Source: Candidatus Nanohalobium sp. (GTDB lineage Archaea; Nanohalarchaeota; Nanosalinia; Nanosalinales; Nanosalinaceae). Taken from it: DNA of 38,244 nucleotides. This document shows positions 9,457 to 19,285 of this stretch, one piece after another; position 1 is the first letter of the stretch; each line of letters starts with the position of its first letter. The DNA lies in assembly GCA_042217545.1 (NCBI GenBank), contig JBDGSM010000032.1, positions 1 to 38,244 of the forward strand, read 5' to 3'. The notes beneath the pieces are model-generated. The model ran no database searches, had not been told where the DNA came from, and was given only the letters and a program-made list of their open reading frames with translations. A program made the position numbers and the translations under genes.

Positions 9457-11204
9457 TTTGATCTCTCCAAGGCCTTTTCATGGGCCTCCCTGTAGTTTTC
9501 ACCCAGTTTCTCCCAGGAGGTCATCTGTGCAAGCTTCCTGGCGTTGTGCTTTCTCTCGGTGATTTCAGTTTTCGAGTAAGATACTATGTCGTCTATCATT
9601 TTTGCAAGGTCTTTTGCTGCTTCGCTGTCAGGCCTGTTTCTTCTCTCCAGGACCTTGATACCTTTTCTCTCGTAGTCGTTGGTGTTTTCCTTCAGGAACT
9701 GGCCGAATCCTGCGAGATCCGTTGTTACTGACATGGCTCCGTTCGCTGCTGTCTCGACAGGCGTGTATCCCCATGGTTCATAGTATGAGGGGAAGATTCC
9801 TGCGCTGGAAGCTACTACAGCGTCGTTGTAATCCATTGAAAGAAGTTTGTCTCCGACTGAGAGGTACGTGGGGTAGAAAACAATTTTTACGCGGTCTTCC
9901 TTCCTGTTTCTCAGGCCTTTGTCCCACAGAGCTTCCATTATTTCGTCGTTGTCGTAGTTAAGGTCGAATGCCGAGAGCGGCGGTGTCTTCTCCTTCTTGG
10001 TGTGGAAGTTGGCCTGGAGGGATTCAAGCTTCCTGGTTCCCTTTATCACGTCCTCCAGTCCTGCAGAGGGTTCTTTGCCGGATGTTATCGAGTTAAGAAG
10101 GTTTTCACGGAGTTCTGGCATCGCAGAGTCTATATAGTCCTCCAGTTCTTCGTAGAGAGATACGTTCTCCAGCACTTCAAGCTTCTCGCCTTTAACGTCA
10201 CTGGGAACAAATATGAATACGAAGAAGTCGTCGCCCTCCATATCGTTGACCTGGGATAACGCATCTATCATCAGATCTATGCCCTTGTTGTGGAACTCGT
10301 ACCTTCCGGAGATGTAGAGTACACGTGGATCGTCGTCCAGATCAACGTCGTAGTAAGGTTTGAAATAGGCCTGTAAGAAGCTCTTGAACTCCTGTTTCTC
10401 CTTTCTGTGGTTGTAGGAAAGCTCCTCAAGGCTTGGATACTCCTCAACGTTGAAGCCGTTCGGAAGTATCTTGTCAGGCTTCACGTCCAGGACCGCTTCC
10501 GCCTCCTCTCCGGTAGTCTTACTTACTGTGGTGAAGACATCCGCAGTCTCCGCCGCAGTCTTCTCAAGCTGGTGCTTTGCCTTTACACCGTGCTCCTCGG
10601 CCATTTTATCGTTCACGTTGCCGTTCTTGACAGCTTCACGGAGATTGAAGTCCGAGTCCGAAAGCGTCCTCCCGAGAACTGTAGCATGAGTCGTGAAAAC
10701 CTTCGGAGAATCAAAATTGAACATGGCAGGGCCTGAAAGCCATTCGTGAAGATGCACCACAGTATCGTTCTCAAGCTTTTCCTCAAGCCTATTTATTAGA
10801 AGGCCTACCGCATAACTCCATCTGACCGGATCATCGAACTCGCTGCCAGTATTCATGGAGTCTATATCGTATTTCTCCCACATCTCGGTCTTTATATCAT
10901 CGACGTCACGCTGCATGCCAGAAGCGTCGACCAGTATACATTTCGGAGAGCCTGATACCTCCCAGACCCCGTAGTAGCACTCGATACCTTTCTTTCTCAA
11001 GGCCTCGAACAGATCTTCGTATGGATGGTCCTGGCGGGGCGCAAAATCCTTCCTTGCCGCCTCCTCGTTGTAAGGCCCAATCGTGAGGTAGTGATCGCCG
11101 TAGAAATCGCTCATTTTGGACGACTTGGACTTGAGAACCTGATAGATTCCTCCGACTTTGTTTGCAACCTCGAAAGAAACTTCTATTAGGTTATCGTGAG
11201 CCAT
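9453..11204 (-). CDS. GT3 family glycogen synthase
   Basis: EVSFEVANKVGGIY, HEW, FTTHATVLGR, GRYEFHNKG and FPSYYEPWGYTPVE motifs. Confidence 0.93.
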   Translation of the reverse strand: MAHDNLIEVSFEVANKVGGIYQVLKSKSSKMSDFYGDHYLTIGPYNEEAARKDFAPRQDHPYEDLFEALRKKGIECYYGVWEVSGSPKCILVDASGMQRDVDDIKTEMWEKYDIDSMNTGSEFDDPVRWSYAVGLLINRLEEKLENDTVVHLHEWLSGPAMFNFDSPKVFTTHATVLGRTLSDSDFNLREAVKNGNVNDKMAEEHGVKAKHQLEKTAAETADVFTTVSKTTGEEAEAVLDVKPDKILPNGFNVEEYPSLEELSYNHRKEKQEFKSFLQAYFKPYYDVDLDDDPRVLYISGRYEFHNKGIDLMIDALSQVNDMEGDDFFVFIFVPSDVKGEKLEVLENVSLYEELEDYIDSAMPELRENLLNSITSGKEPSAGLEDVIKGTRKLESLQANFHTKKEKTPPLSAFDLNYDNDEIMEALWDKGLRNRKEDRVKIVFYPTYLSVGDKLLSMDYNDAVVASSAGIFPSYYEPWGYTPVETAANGAMSVTTDLAGFGQFLKENTNDYERKGIKVLERRNRPDSEAAKDLAKMIDDIVSYSKTEITERKHNARKLAQMTSWEKLGENYREAHEKALERSK

Positions 11205-11307
11205 AATTTTTCAATCGTTTTCCTCGTATAAAAACATCGTCAGGAAACGATTGCTACCCCGCGGTTAATATACGGGTTTTATACCCTTCCAGCGCTTGTA
11301 GAGAATC

Positions 11308-13089
11308 ATGAAGTATAACCTGTCCGAAAACCTGTCAGGCCGAAAGGGAGTAGTCTCCAACCTTCACGGCTTTCTTAACAGGCACCTGGACACAGGATTC
11401 AAATCCAAATGGAGCGGCTACTGGGCTCCCCCAATAAAATACTTCGACTACTTCAGCTTCAAGGTCAACGGCATCTGGCTCAACAAGGACACGCTCCAGG
11501 GAGTTGAGTACGGAGAAAAAATGGTTTTCTACCACGAAACCGGCAGCCTATCTATAGAAGAACATATCAAGGCCCCTGAGAAAACACCAGGCCTTGAAAT
11601 AGAGCTGAGGCTGAGGAACAACGACCGAGAAAGGAAAGCAGTCCAAATAGTAATGGAACTGGGCGCCGACATACGGCACAAGACCCAGGACATCTCAAGA
11701 GCAGATTACAGTCTGGATAAAAATGAGAAAAGGCTAAGCATAACTGGAAAAAGCAAGAACCTTGTGCTGAAAAGCGAAAAGGCCTTCAAGCTGAATGGAG
11801 ACTCGTACATGAAAGATCATCACCCTGGGGAGAGGCAGAGATGCTTCGTACCCGGAGAGATCGTTTTCAGGAAAGAAGTTCCTCCAGAGACCCGCGAATC
11901 CCTCAAAATAGATCTTTTAACTTCTGACGGGAGCTTCAAATCCATAGAGAAAAGAGAACAGGAACTTAGAAACCAGGAGCTCGGAAGAACGTTCAACTAC
12001 AGCATCGAGAGCATGTTAAACCTGACATACGACAGACAGGGACTAGGCCTTATCGCAGGACATCCATGGTTCCTGGAATACTGGGCTAGAGATACGTTTT
12101 GGACAATCCTGGGACTTATAGACGCAGGATACTTCGAACTTTCCAAAGACATACTTGAGAACTTTGCGGATAAAGGCCTGAAATCCCAGGTCGAGCTTGA
12201 AGGAGGAACCTCCGATGGCCGGGAGAGAGCCGATACAGACCCCTTATTCGTGATAGCTGTCGAAAAACTTCGAAGACATTACAAGACCAGCGAAAAACTT
12301 GAAAAAGCTGTTGAACACGCCCTGGGCCGAGTTGAAACTGATAAAGGAATCGTTCAGCACGGCGAAGATGCCACATGGATGGACACACTAAAGAGAGCGC
12401 CTGCAGTGGATATACAGAGCCTTTGGCTCGAAGCAGCAGGAAGAGAAGACAAAGAAAATGCTGAGGATCTAGCAAAAGGCCTGGAGAAATTCAAAGAGGA
12501 GGCCTACATGAAGGATTTCCTGGGGGAAGACTCCCCAGAAACAGTGAATCCCGCCGTACCGTTGATGTTCGGCCAGTTAAGCAAAAGCGAGGCAGACAAA
12601 TACCTGGAAAAAGTGAACGGCGAGTTCTCATCGATGTATGGCGCCAGAACACGGGCAGTGACGGACCTCGGCTACTCGGGCGAAGGGTACCACTCCGGAG
12701 CAGTATGGGGCCTCACCACAGGATGGGCAGCAGCAGCAAACCTGGAATATGGTCGTGAGACAGAAGGAAGAAACTTCCTGGAGAAGATGACACAGTTTAT
12801 CGATAGAAACCAGCCCGGAGCACTACCCGAAGTGGTAAACGCAGAGACAGGGGCTCTGCTTGGATGCAGCGAACAGGCCTGGAGCGCAGGACTGTATATC
12901 CACGTCGTGGACACCTATCTCCTCGGCATAAAGGTCCAGGAAGACAAAGTAGTGATTGACCCGGCCTCAGATTTCTCGGGAAAGCGCCTGGGTAAGCGAG
13001 TCGGCAACGAGGTACTGGACATCGAGTTCGATGATGGAGAAGTAAAAATACTGAATGATCCGGATTTAGAAGTTGAGATAAAGAGTTGA
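11308..13089 (+). CDS. Amylo-alpha-1,6-glucosidase / glycogen debranching enzyme
   Basis: IAGHPWF.EYWARD, TWMDT, YHSGAVW, LPE and QAWS motifs. Confidence 0.88.
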   Translation: MKYNLSENLSGRKGVVSNLHGFLNRHLDTGFKSKWSGYWAPPIKYFDYFSFKVNGIWLNKDTLQGVEYGEKMVFYHETGSLSIEEHIKAPEKTPGLEIELRLRNNDRERKAVQIVMELGADIRHKTQDISRADYSLDKNEKRLSITGKSKNLVLKSEKAFKLNGDSYMKDHHPGERQRCFVPGEIVFRKEVPPETRESLKIDLLTSDGSFKSIEKREQELRNQELGRTFNYSIESMLNLTYDRQGLGLIAGHPWFLEYWARDTFWTILGLIDAGYFELSKDILENFADKGLKSQVELEGGTSDGRERADTDPLFVIAVEKLRRHYKTSEKLEKAVEHALGRVETDKGIVQHGEDATWMDTLKRAPAVDIQSLWLEAAGREDKENAEDLAKGLEKFKEEAYMKDFLGEDSPETVNPAVPLMFGQLSKSEADKYLEKVNGEFSSMYGARTRAVTDLGYSGEGYHSGAVWGLTTGWAAAANLEYGRETEGRNFLEKMTQFIDRNQPGALPEVVNAETGALLGCSEQAWSAGLYIHVVDTYLLGIKVQEDKVVIDPASDFSGKRLGKRVGNEVLDIEFDDGEVKILNDPDLEVEIKS

Positions 13090-13096
13090 TGATAAG

Positions 13097-13735
13097 ATGA
13101 TAGTTGTAAACTTCAAGGCCTACGGTAAAGCGGTCGGAAACAGCTCAGAGCAAATCATCGAGGCCTGTAGGAGGGCTTCAGAAGATACAGGTGAGCGAGT
13201 AGTTGTCGTGCCGCAGCCCGAGGATCTTTTCCGGGCCGAAGATGTAGAGGCTTTCGCACAGCATGTGGACGGTGTCGAACCAGGCAGTCATACTGGCAGC
13301 ATCCTGGCCAAAGGCGTAAAGGATGCCGGAGCTACAGGAACCCTCATAAACCACTCGGAGAACAGGCTTCAGGACAGAGAGATAGAGGCCTCCGTGAATG
13401 CGGCGAAAAGCCTGGGCCTCGAGACGATAGTATGCGCCCAGAAACCGGAGGAATGCAGGAAATACAGCAAGTTCCAACCCGACTTCATAGCCTTCGAGCC
13501 TCCGGAGCTGATCGGCGGAGACAACCCTGTTTCAGAGGCCAAACCAGGCCTTATAGAGGAAGCGGTGGAGGAGACTGTAGATGGGGTTAAGACAATGACG
13601 GGAGCAGGCATCAAGTCAAGGAAGGACGTTGAGAAAAGCGTTGAACTTGGCTGTGAGGGCGTTCTCGTTGCTTCAGGCGTGATAAAAGCCAAAGATATAT
13701 ATGAAGAAGTACAAGACCTGTGTGAAGGCCTATGA
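13097..13735 (+). CDS. tpiA: Triosephosphate isomerase (archaeal type)
   Basis: VNFKAY, AQH, GSHTG, NHSE, FEPPELIG, GAGI and GVLVASG motifs. Confidence 0.96.
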   Translation: MIVVNFKAYGKAVGNSSEQIIEACRRASEDTGERVVVVPQPEDLFRAEDVEAFAQHVDGVEPGSHTGSILAKGVKDAGATGTLINHSENRLQDREIEASVNAAKSLGLETIVCAQKPEECRKYSKFQPDFIAFEPPELIGGDNPVSEAKPGLIEEAVEETVDGVKTMTGAGIKSRKDVEKSVELGCEGVLVASGVIKAKDIYEEVQDLCEGL

Positions 13736-15003
13736 AAGATATCTGGGTTCAGAGGTATCGTGACCACTGCAGAGTCCCTGGAAAGAACAACGTTGATGTT
13801 TTGACAGGTTTCAATGCAAATATCGACGTTCTCTACGATCTTGATGAGATGGATATAGAGCTCGCCGAGGAGGCTGAAAACCTTGAGTCTATCGGCAGCA
13901 TCCATGATCTTCAGGCATTGCTGAAGTACTGTAAGGATAACGGTGTGAACGAGGAGGCCTCTCTTGACGGCTTTGATTACTCATTTGAGAACGGCGAGGA
14001 GCGTGTCGGCGGCCAGGCAGGTATAATGGCGAACTTTCTTTCAGGCATGGGTAACTCCGTGATCTTTTATACTCCTTTTCTCTCACAGGAGCTTGCCGAC
14101 ATGATAAACGTTAACGTGCTGTTCCCGACCGTAGAGGACGACTTCGTCCTGAAAAACGTGCGGGATGCCGCCAACACAGATAGAACAAAGAAGAACATGA
14201 TCTTCGAGTTCGATTCGGAGAAGACCGGTCGTTTGATAGTCTCTGACTCTATTAAAGGCTTCGGACCTTACTTCAGGAAAAGCATAATAGACGAGTTCGA
14301 GGAGATAGATCAGAACCTGAAACGCGTGCTTCTTTCAGGCTTTCACGACATTGAGGGGAATAAAGATGCCAAGCTGGACAAGGCCAGGGAGCAACTGGCA
14401 GTCATCCAGACTCCCGTCCACATGGAGTATGTCAACACCGATGAGAAGACAGCTGAAAAGATAATAAAACGCATATTCCCGAGAATTGAAAGCGTAGGAT
14501 TCGACGAGGAAGAGGCAAAGCAGATCTCAAGTATCTCAAGATCCGAAGATATAGAAGGAGAACTTACCGCAGGTGAGGCCTTTGAAATCGCCAAACACCT
14601 GATCGAAAAATATAGCCTGGAGCGATGCCAGATCCATACATACAACTTCCACATCACAGTAGTTGAGGATGACTACCCTGTGGAGACAGGGAAGATCAGG
14701 GATGCGATGCTTTTTGGCGAGATCTGCGCAGTTAAGACCGCTGAAAAGGGAGACTTCGTCAAGAGGAACGATCTGAAAGAGCTTGACATGGACAACAAGC
14801 ACCTGAAACGACTCGACATGCTGGAAGAGTTCGGAGAGTTCTTCGAAATCGAAGACTTCGCCAGAAACGGCACGGGAAAAGCAGAGGGCTACCGGGTCGC
14901 AGCTATACCAACCATCATACACGAAGAACCGGAAAGAGTGGTGGGCATGGGAGATATAATCTCCTCAGGCACTTTTGTAGGCGAAGTCATGAAAAATCCT
15001 TGA
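13732..15003 (+). CDS. ADP-dependent glucokinase/phosphofructokinase
   Basis: GFNANID, RVGGQAGIMAN, HMEY, QIHT and VGMGDIISS motifs. Confidence 0.9.
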   Translation: MKDIWVQRYRDHCRVPGKNNVDVLTGFNANIDVLYDLDEMDIELAEEAENLESIGSIHDLQALLKYCKDNGVNEEASLDGFDYSFENGEERVGGQAGIMANFLSGMGNSVIFYTPFLSQELADMINVNVLFPTVEDDFVLKNVRDAANTDRTKKNMIFEFDSEKTGRLIVSDSIKGFGPYFRKSIIDEFEEIDQNLKRVLLSGFHDIEGNKDAKLDKAREQLAVIQTPVHMEYVNTDEKTAEKIIKRIFPRIESVGFDEEEAKQISSISRSEDIEGELTAGEAFEIAKHLIEKYSLERCQIHTYNFHITVVEDDYPVETGKIRDAMLFGEICAVKTAEKGDFVKRNDLKELDMDNKHLKRLDMLEEFGEFFEIEDFARNGTGKAEGYRVAAIPTIIHEEPERVVGMGDIISSGTFVGEVMKNP

Positions 15004-16318
15004 TAAAGCCTCTAACCTTTCCTTCAACCTCTCCCAGAATATCATTCAGATCCTCTTCAGTATCTGCCTCACAGCGCACAGACATCTTCGGCTCCGTGCT
15101 TGAAGGCCTTACAAGAGCCCAGCCTTTCTCGAACTGGACCTTGACACCATCCTTCTCGGAAGTCTCATGATCCGAGTAGGCCTCGGCAAAACTTTCCGTA
15201 ACTTTCTGCTTAGCGTCCTGGGGACAGTCAATCCTCAGCTCAGGCGACACCGGGTACTCGGGATAGGCCTCGATCTTCTCTTTCAGATCTTCTTCCGCTG
15301 CCATCTTTGTCATCAGGGCTGCTGCGAACAGTCCATCATCCCATGGGAAATCATACGCAGGGAAGTAGTAATGGCCTGACAGTTCACCTGCGAAGACGAC
15401 GTTATCCTCTTCATGGATCTTCTCCGAGATAAAGGTATGTCCTACCCTGCTCTCCTCGGCCTCACCGCCGAACTCGTCGATCTTCTCCGGTACAAGCTTT
15501 GAGGCCCGAAGATCATGGACAACAGTCCCTTTCTCACGCTTCAAAGATTCTTCAGCGAGTAATGCGATAATCTTATCCTCTTCAATATATCCGTAACCGG
15601 GCAGTATGAAACCTGCACGGTCTCCATCGCCATCAAAGATAATTCCAAGGTCTTCGTCGCCCATCGCTTCCTCAAGCTGTCTCTGGGCCTCTTCATTCCC
15701 TGGAGCAGGAAGATGGTTAGGGAAATCACCATCAACCTCTTCGTTAACCATCTTGACATCGCACCCAAGCTCTTCGAACAGCTCCCCGGCGATAACACCC
15801 GTTACACCGTTCCCACAGTTGATCACAACATCCAGGTCAAGCTCTCCTATCTTCTGCTTCACGGCCTCAACATAACTATCCATGATTTCAACGTCTTCCT
15901 CCCCGCCATCTCCTTTTTCAAACTCTTCTCCAGTATAAATTTCCTCAATCCTCTTCATACCTCCGTCACGAGACATGGCCAGAGCGTTTTCAAGGCAGAA
16001 CTTGAAACCTGTATACTCAGGCGGGTTATGTGATGCAGTAACCGCTGTAGAGGATTTGAAACCGTTCTGAACCTGTCCATAGTATATAACCGGCGTAGGA
16101 ACCATTCCTGCATAGTTAACATCAGTTCCTGTAGAGTTCACGCCCTCTATGAAGGCCTCAGTAATTTTTTCCCCGTGACTTCTGCCGTCTCTCCCCACCA
16201 GGACGGTATCCGCGTCTATGAAAGTACCATAGGCACTACCTACTTTTCTTGCCTCTCCTTCGGATATTTCGTCCGGGTAAGTTCCTCTGAGGTCGTAGCT
16301 ATGAAAAAATGAAACCAT
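14987..16318 (-). CDS. Phosphoglucomutase/phosphomannomutase
   Basis: YDLRG, TASHNP, FDGDGDR, GELSGH and RPSSTEP motifs. Confidence 0.95.
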   Translation of the reverse strand: MVSFFHSYDLRGTYPDEISEGEARKVGSAYGTFIDADTVLVGRDGRSHGEKITEAFIEGVNSTGTDVNYAGMVPTPVIYYGQVQNGFKSSTAVTASHNPPEYTGFKFCLENALAMSRDGGMKRIEEIYTGEEFEKGDGGEEDVEIMDSYVEAVKQKIGELDLDVVINCGNGVTGVIAGELFEELGCDVKMVNEEVDGDFPNHLPAPGNEEAQRQLEEAMGDEDLGIIFDGDGDRAGFILPGYGYIEEDKIIALLAEESLKREKGTVVHDLRASKLVPEKIDEFGGEAEESRVGHTFISEKIHEEDNVVFAGELSGHYYFPAYDFPWDDGLFAAALMTKMAAEEDLKEKIEAYPEYPVSPELRIDCPQDAKQKVTESFAEAYSDHETSEKDGVKVQFEKGWALVRPSSTEPKMSVRCEADTEEDLNDILGEVEGKVRGFIKDFS

Positions 16319-16321
16319 TTT

Positions 16322-16849
16322 CTAGGCCTCATCCCAGTAATCTTCCAGTATGTCAGTTTTTTCCCTGTATTCCTCCCGCATATCGGGCAATGATTTCTTC
16401 ATAACTTTTGTGTCGAGCGAGGTCTCCATGAAACCGCGGTCTTTCTCATAGATCGGTACGAGCTGGACGTGCAGATGTGGTATGGATTCTCCTGCTGCTT
16501 TTCCGATGTTCATGCCAACGTCGATTCCTGCGGGATCCACGACTTCTTCCTGAAGCTTTTCTACACGCTGGACCATCGCAAACAGTCGATTACGTTCCTC
16601 GTCCTCGAGTTCCGAGAGATCGTTGACATGTCTCTTCGGAACGACCATTAGGTGTCCGGTGTTGTACGGGAAGATATTGAGTTCGACCATCAGGAAGTCG
16701 TCCTCGAAGACTGCCATCTTGGAGACGCGTTCATCGCCTTCAACCTGGGCGCAGAAAATGCAGTCGATATCCTCCGGCACCTCCTTGGCCTCGTACTCGC
16801 TGCGTTTCGGACTCCAGAGATACTGTTCGTGCGGCTTCAGATCAGACAT
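16322..16849 (-). CDS. HIT superfamily protein, HxHxQ (transferase/phosphorylase-type) variant
   Basis: CIFC, NIFPYNTGHLMVVPKRH and GMNIG.AAGESIPHLHVQLVP motifs. Confidence 0.88.
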   Translation of the reverse strand: MSDLKPHEQYLWSPKRSEYEAKEVPEDIDCIFCAQVEGDERVSKMAVFEDDFLMVELNIFPYNTGHLMVVPKRHVNDLSELEDEERNRLFAMVQRVEKLQEEVVDPAGIDVGMNIGKAAGESIPHLHVQLVPIYEKDRGFMETSLDTKVMKKSLPDMREEYREKTDILEDYWDEA

Positions 16850-16935
16850 AACAAAAAAATAGTCTGCTCAGGATTTAATACTCACGGAAAAACAAAACCA
16901 TAAAATTTATGACTATTGAGTAACAATAGTATTTC

Positions 16936-17613
16936 ATGACTGATTTAAACCAGGCACTCAGAAACTGGGCGGAATAGGAGGCCGAGATCGGATGGCATAT
17001 CCCGGACAGCATAGAGAACGAGGTTAGAAGCCAGCAAAAAGAGCTGGAGTTCGCTGTCGAAAGAGCCTAGGACGAGATAAAAGAGGTGGAAGAAGCTGCA
17101 GAAGCCGTAGATCGCCTGGAAGAGGGAAAGAATGTCGAAACAACACCTCTACTTGACTACACCAGCAAGATCGAAAGAGAATACCAGGACAGAGAAAAAC
17201 AGCTAAAAGACAAGCTTGGCTATGAACTGGCCGATATAGGAATATTCACGATAAAGACCTCGACAGCCCTGGAAACAGGGATAGGCAACGAAGACAAAGA
17301 GAGTTACAGCCCAGACTTCGAAGGCCTGGCAGATACAGTAGAAAGCCATAACCCCGTAAGGCCCGAAAATACTTACAGCGAGGCAGTTAGAGAGCTTGAA
17401 GGCCTGCTGGAGCCCGGAGAAAATCAGATCGTCGAGGACTCTCCAGACGAGGAAAGGATAGCGGAAGGCCTTGAACAGGTTCTTTACGGACTTTCCGATC
17501 TGGCTGCCGATCTTCCGAGAAGCTTCGAACAGTTCGTTTCGGAAAAGATTGCATACAACCAGAAGAAGCGTGATCCTTCCGATATAGATTCTTCAGCTTA
17601 CGATGAGTCGTAA
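16936..17613 (+). pseudogene. MazG-like NTP pyrophosphohydrolase-related ORF interrupted by two in-frame TAG codons
   Basis: ATG 16936 is in frame with ORF 17086..17613; TAG at 16975-16977 and 17068-17070. YELADIGIF and SFEQFVSEKIAYNQKK resemble MazG/dCTPase motifs. Confidence 0.55.
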
Positions 17614-17619
17614 AGAAGC

Positions 17620-18384
17620 TTAGAGAGGGTTGAACTCATTGAAGTGCATTCTGAGCTTCTCCTGTATACCTCTCTGAGGAGGTTCCTCACCTTTAACCCT
17701 GTAAGCAACATCTTCTATCGCTTTGGAGGCTCTGGAGTTTGGCTTGTAGGACGTGACCGGTTCTCTCAGAGCAATTCCTTCTCTTACATGTTCGTGGTCC
17801 GGAACTCTTCCGATTATATCTTCCCCTACAAGGTCGATAACGTCTTCCTCCTCGACCTCGGATTTCTCCTGTCTGACCTGGTTCAGGACAAGGCCTATTA
17901 CGTCGCGTTCAAGCTGCTCGGCAAGTTTTTTCGCTCCGAGAGTGTTGGTAAGCGCCGGTAGTTCAGGGTTTGAGACGAGAAGCACCTCATCCGAGGCCTC
18001 TATCGCTGCTTCTACCTCTCCACCGACGCCTGCAGCTGCATCTATCAGTATAAAGTCTTTGTCGCCTAGGAAGTCGACCAGGGTATGTTTCAGGTTCTCC
18101 GCGTCAGCATTGAAGTCCAGAACAGACGCTGGAAGAACCGATACGCCTGCAGGATGTTTTGCAACCGCCTGTGTGATGTAGGCCTCACCTTTGAGTACCT
18201 GGTTCAAGGATACGTCCTGAAATCCAAGTCCGAAGTGCTGTGCCATGTTTGCGCCGGAGAAGTTTCCATCTATTATCAGTACATCCTCTCCCTGCTGGGA
18301 AAGGCTTACGCCGAGATTTGCTGTTAAAGTTGTCTTACCTGTACCGCCTTTCCCGGATACGACAGAGATAACGCGTGTCATCAT
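17620..18384 (-). CDS. minD: MinD/ParA family ATPase
   Basis: Deviant Walker A SGKGGTGKTT, ILIDAAAG and PELPAL; start at ATG 18384 or 18381. Confidence 0.88.
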   Translation of the reverse strand: MMTRVISVVSGKGGTGKTTLTANLGVSLSQQGEDVLIIDGNFSGANMAQHFGLGFQDVSLNQVLKGEAYITQAVAKHPAGVSVLPASVLDFNADAENLKHTLVDFLGDKDFILIDAAAGVGGEVEAAIEASDEVLLVSNPELPALTNTLGAKKLAEQLERDVIGLVLNQVRQEKSEVEEEDVIDLVGEDIIGRVPDHEHVREGIALREPVTSYKPNSRASKAIEDVAYRVKGEEPPQRGIQEKLRMHFNEFNPL

Positions 18385-18449
18385 CTTAGAATTCGAGACC
18401 GACAATAAAAAACCTTCTGCATTAGAGGATAAGAAAAAATTAGAGCAGA

Positions 18450-19217
18450 CTACCTGAAACGCATCATAAGTCGCTCTACAAAGCCTGGCTCGGAAAGGTC
18501 AGGTTCATACTCGATACCGGCGATATCCGCTGCAGCACCTTTGAAACGCTCCGAGACATGATGATCCGGTGCGTGATGAACTACAGGCTTCTTCATGGAT
18601 AGCGCTTCCTCCACTTTTTCATGATGTGGAACCTCTGCAATAACCTCGTAACCAATCATCGACTCTACCTCACTTGTATCAAGCTCAGAGTCATGGTTCT
18701 TTACCATATTCAGGACAACTCCTATGACATCAGTTCCCGCCTCCTCGGCGATATTCACAGTCTTCAACGCATCAGTCACTGCCGGAAGGTTAGGATTAGT
18801 GACCACAAGCAATTCATCCGAGGCCTCGATAGCATTGATAGACTCATTTCCTAAACCAGCTGCGGAGTCGACCAGTACAAAGTCAGGCTCTCCGACAGTA
18901 TCAAGAAGCACATCTGCCAGGTTGTCTGGAGAAGTGTCTCTCAGATCCTCGACCGATAAACCGGCAGGAACTACTCTGAGACCTGAATCATGGATGTACA
19001 TGGCTTCTGTGATGTGAGCATCGCCCTTCAAGACGTCATGAAGAGTCTTCGGGTACATTGGAATCCCTATGTGGAACCCAAGGTTTGGGTTAGTAAGGTT
19101 TGCGTCGAGAACCACCGTGTCAGCGCCGAACTGGCTCAAGGCCGCTCCAATGTTCGCTGTCGTGGTTGTTTTGCCGACTCCTCCCTTCCCACTGCTCACA
19201 CAGATCAGCCTGGTCAT
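18450..19217 (-). CDS. minD: MinD family ATPase
   Basis: SGKGGVGKTT, DANLTNPNL, VDSAAGLG and a C-terminal amphipathic helix (GFVERLMMRF). Confidence 0.93.
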   Translation of the reverse strand: MTRLICVSSGKGGVGKTTTTANIGAALSQFGADTVVLDANLTNPNLGFHIGIPMYPKTLHDVLKGDAHITEAMYIHDSGLRVVPAGLSVEDLRDTSPDNLADVLLDTVGEPDFVLVDSAAGLGNESINAIEASDELLVVTNPNLPAVTDALKTVNIAEEAGTDVIGVVLNMVKNHDSELDTSEVESMIGYEVIAEVPHHEKVEEALSMKKPVVHHAPDHHVSERFKGAAADIAGIEYEPDLSEPGFVERLMMRFR

Positions 19218-19285
19218 TGTATATTGACTGTTGCGGTTCAGCCTTTAAATTAGTAGTGAGGTCTCAACCAGAAAGCCTACAGGCC

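Noticed and set aside
16936..17613. Genome-wide TAG recoding
   Set aside because: TAG terminates well-defined genes at their expected ends (GH57 3207, leuS 23025, rpl11 27360).
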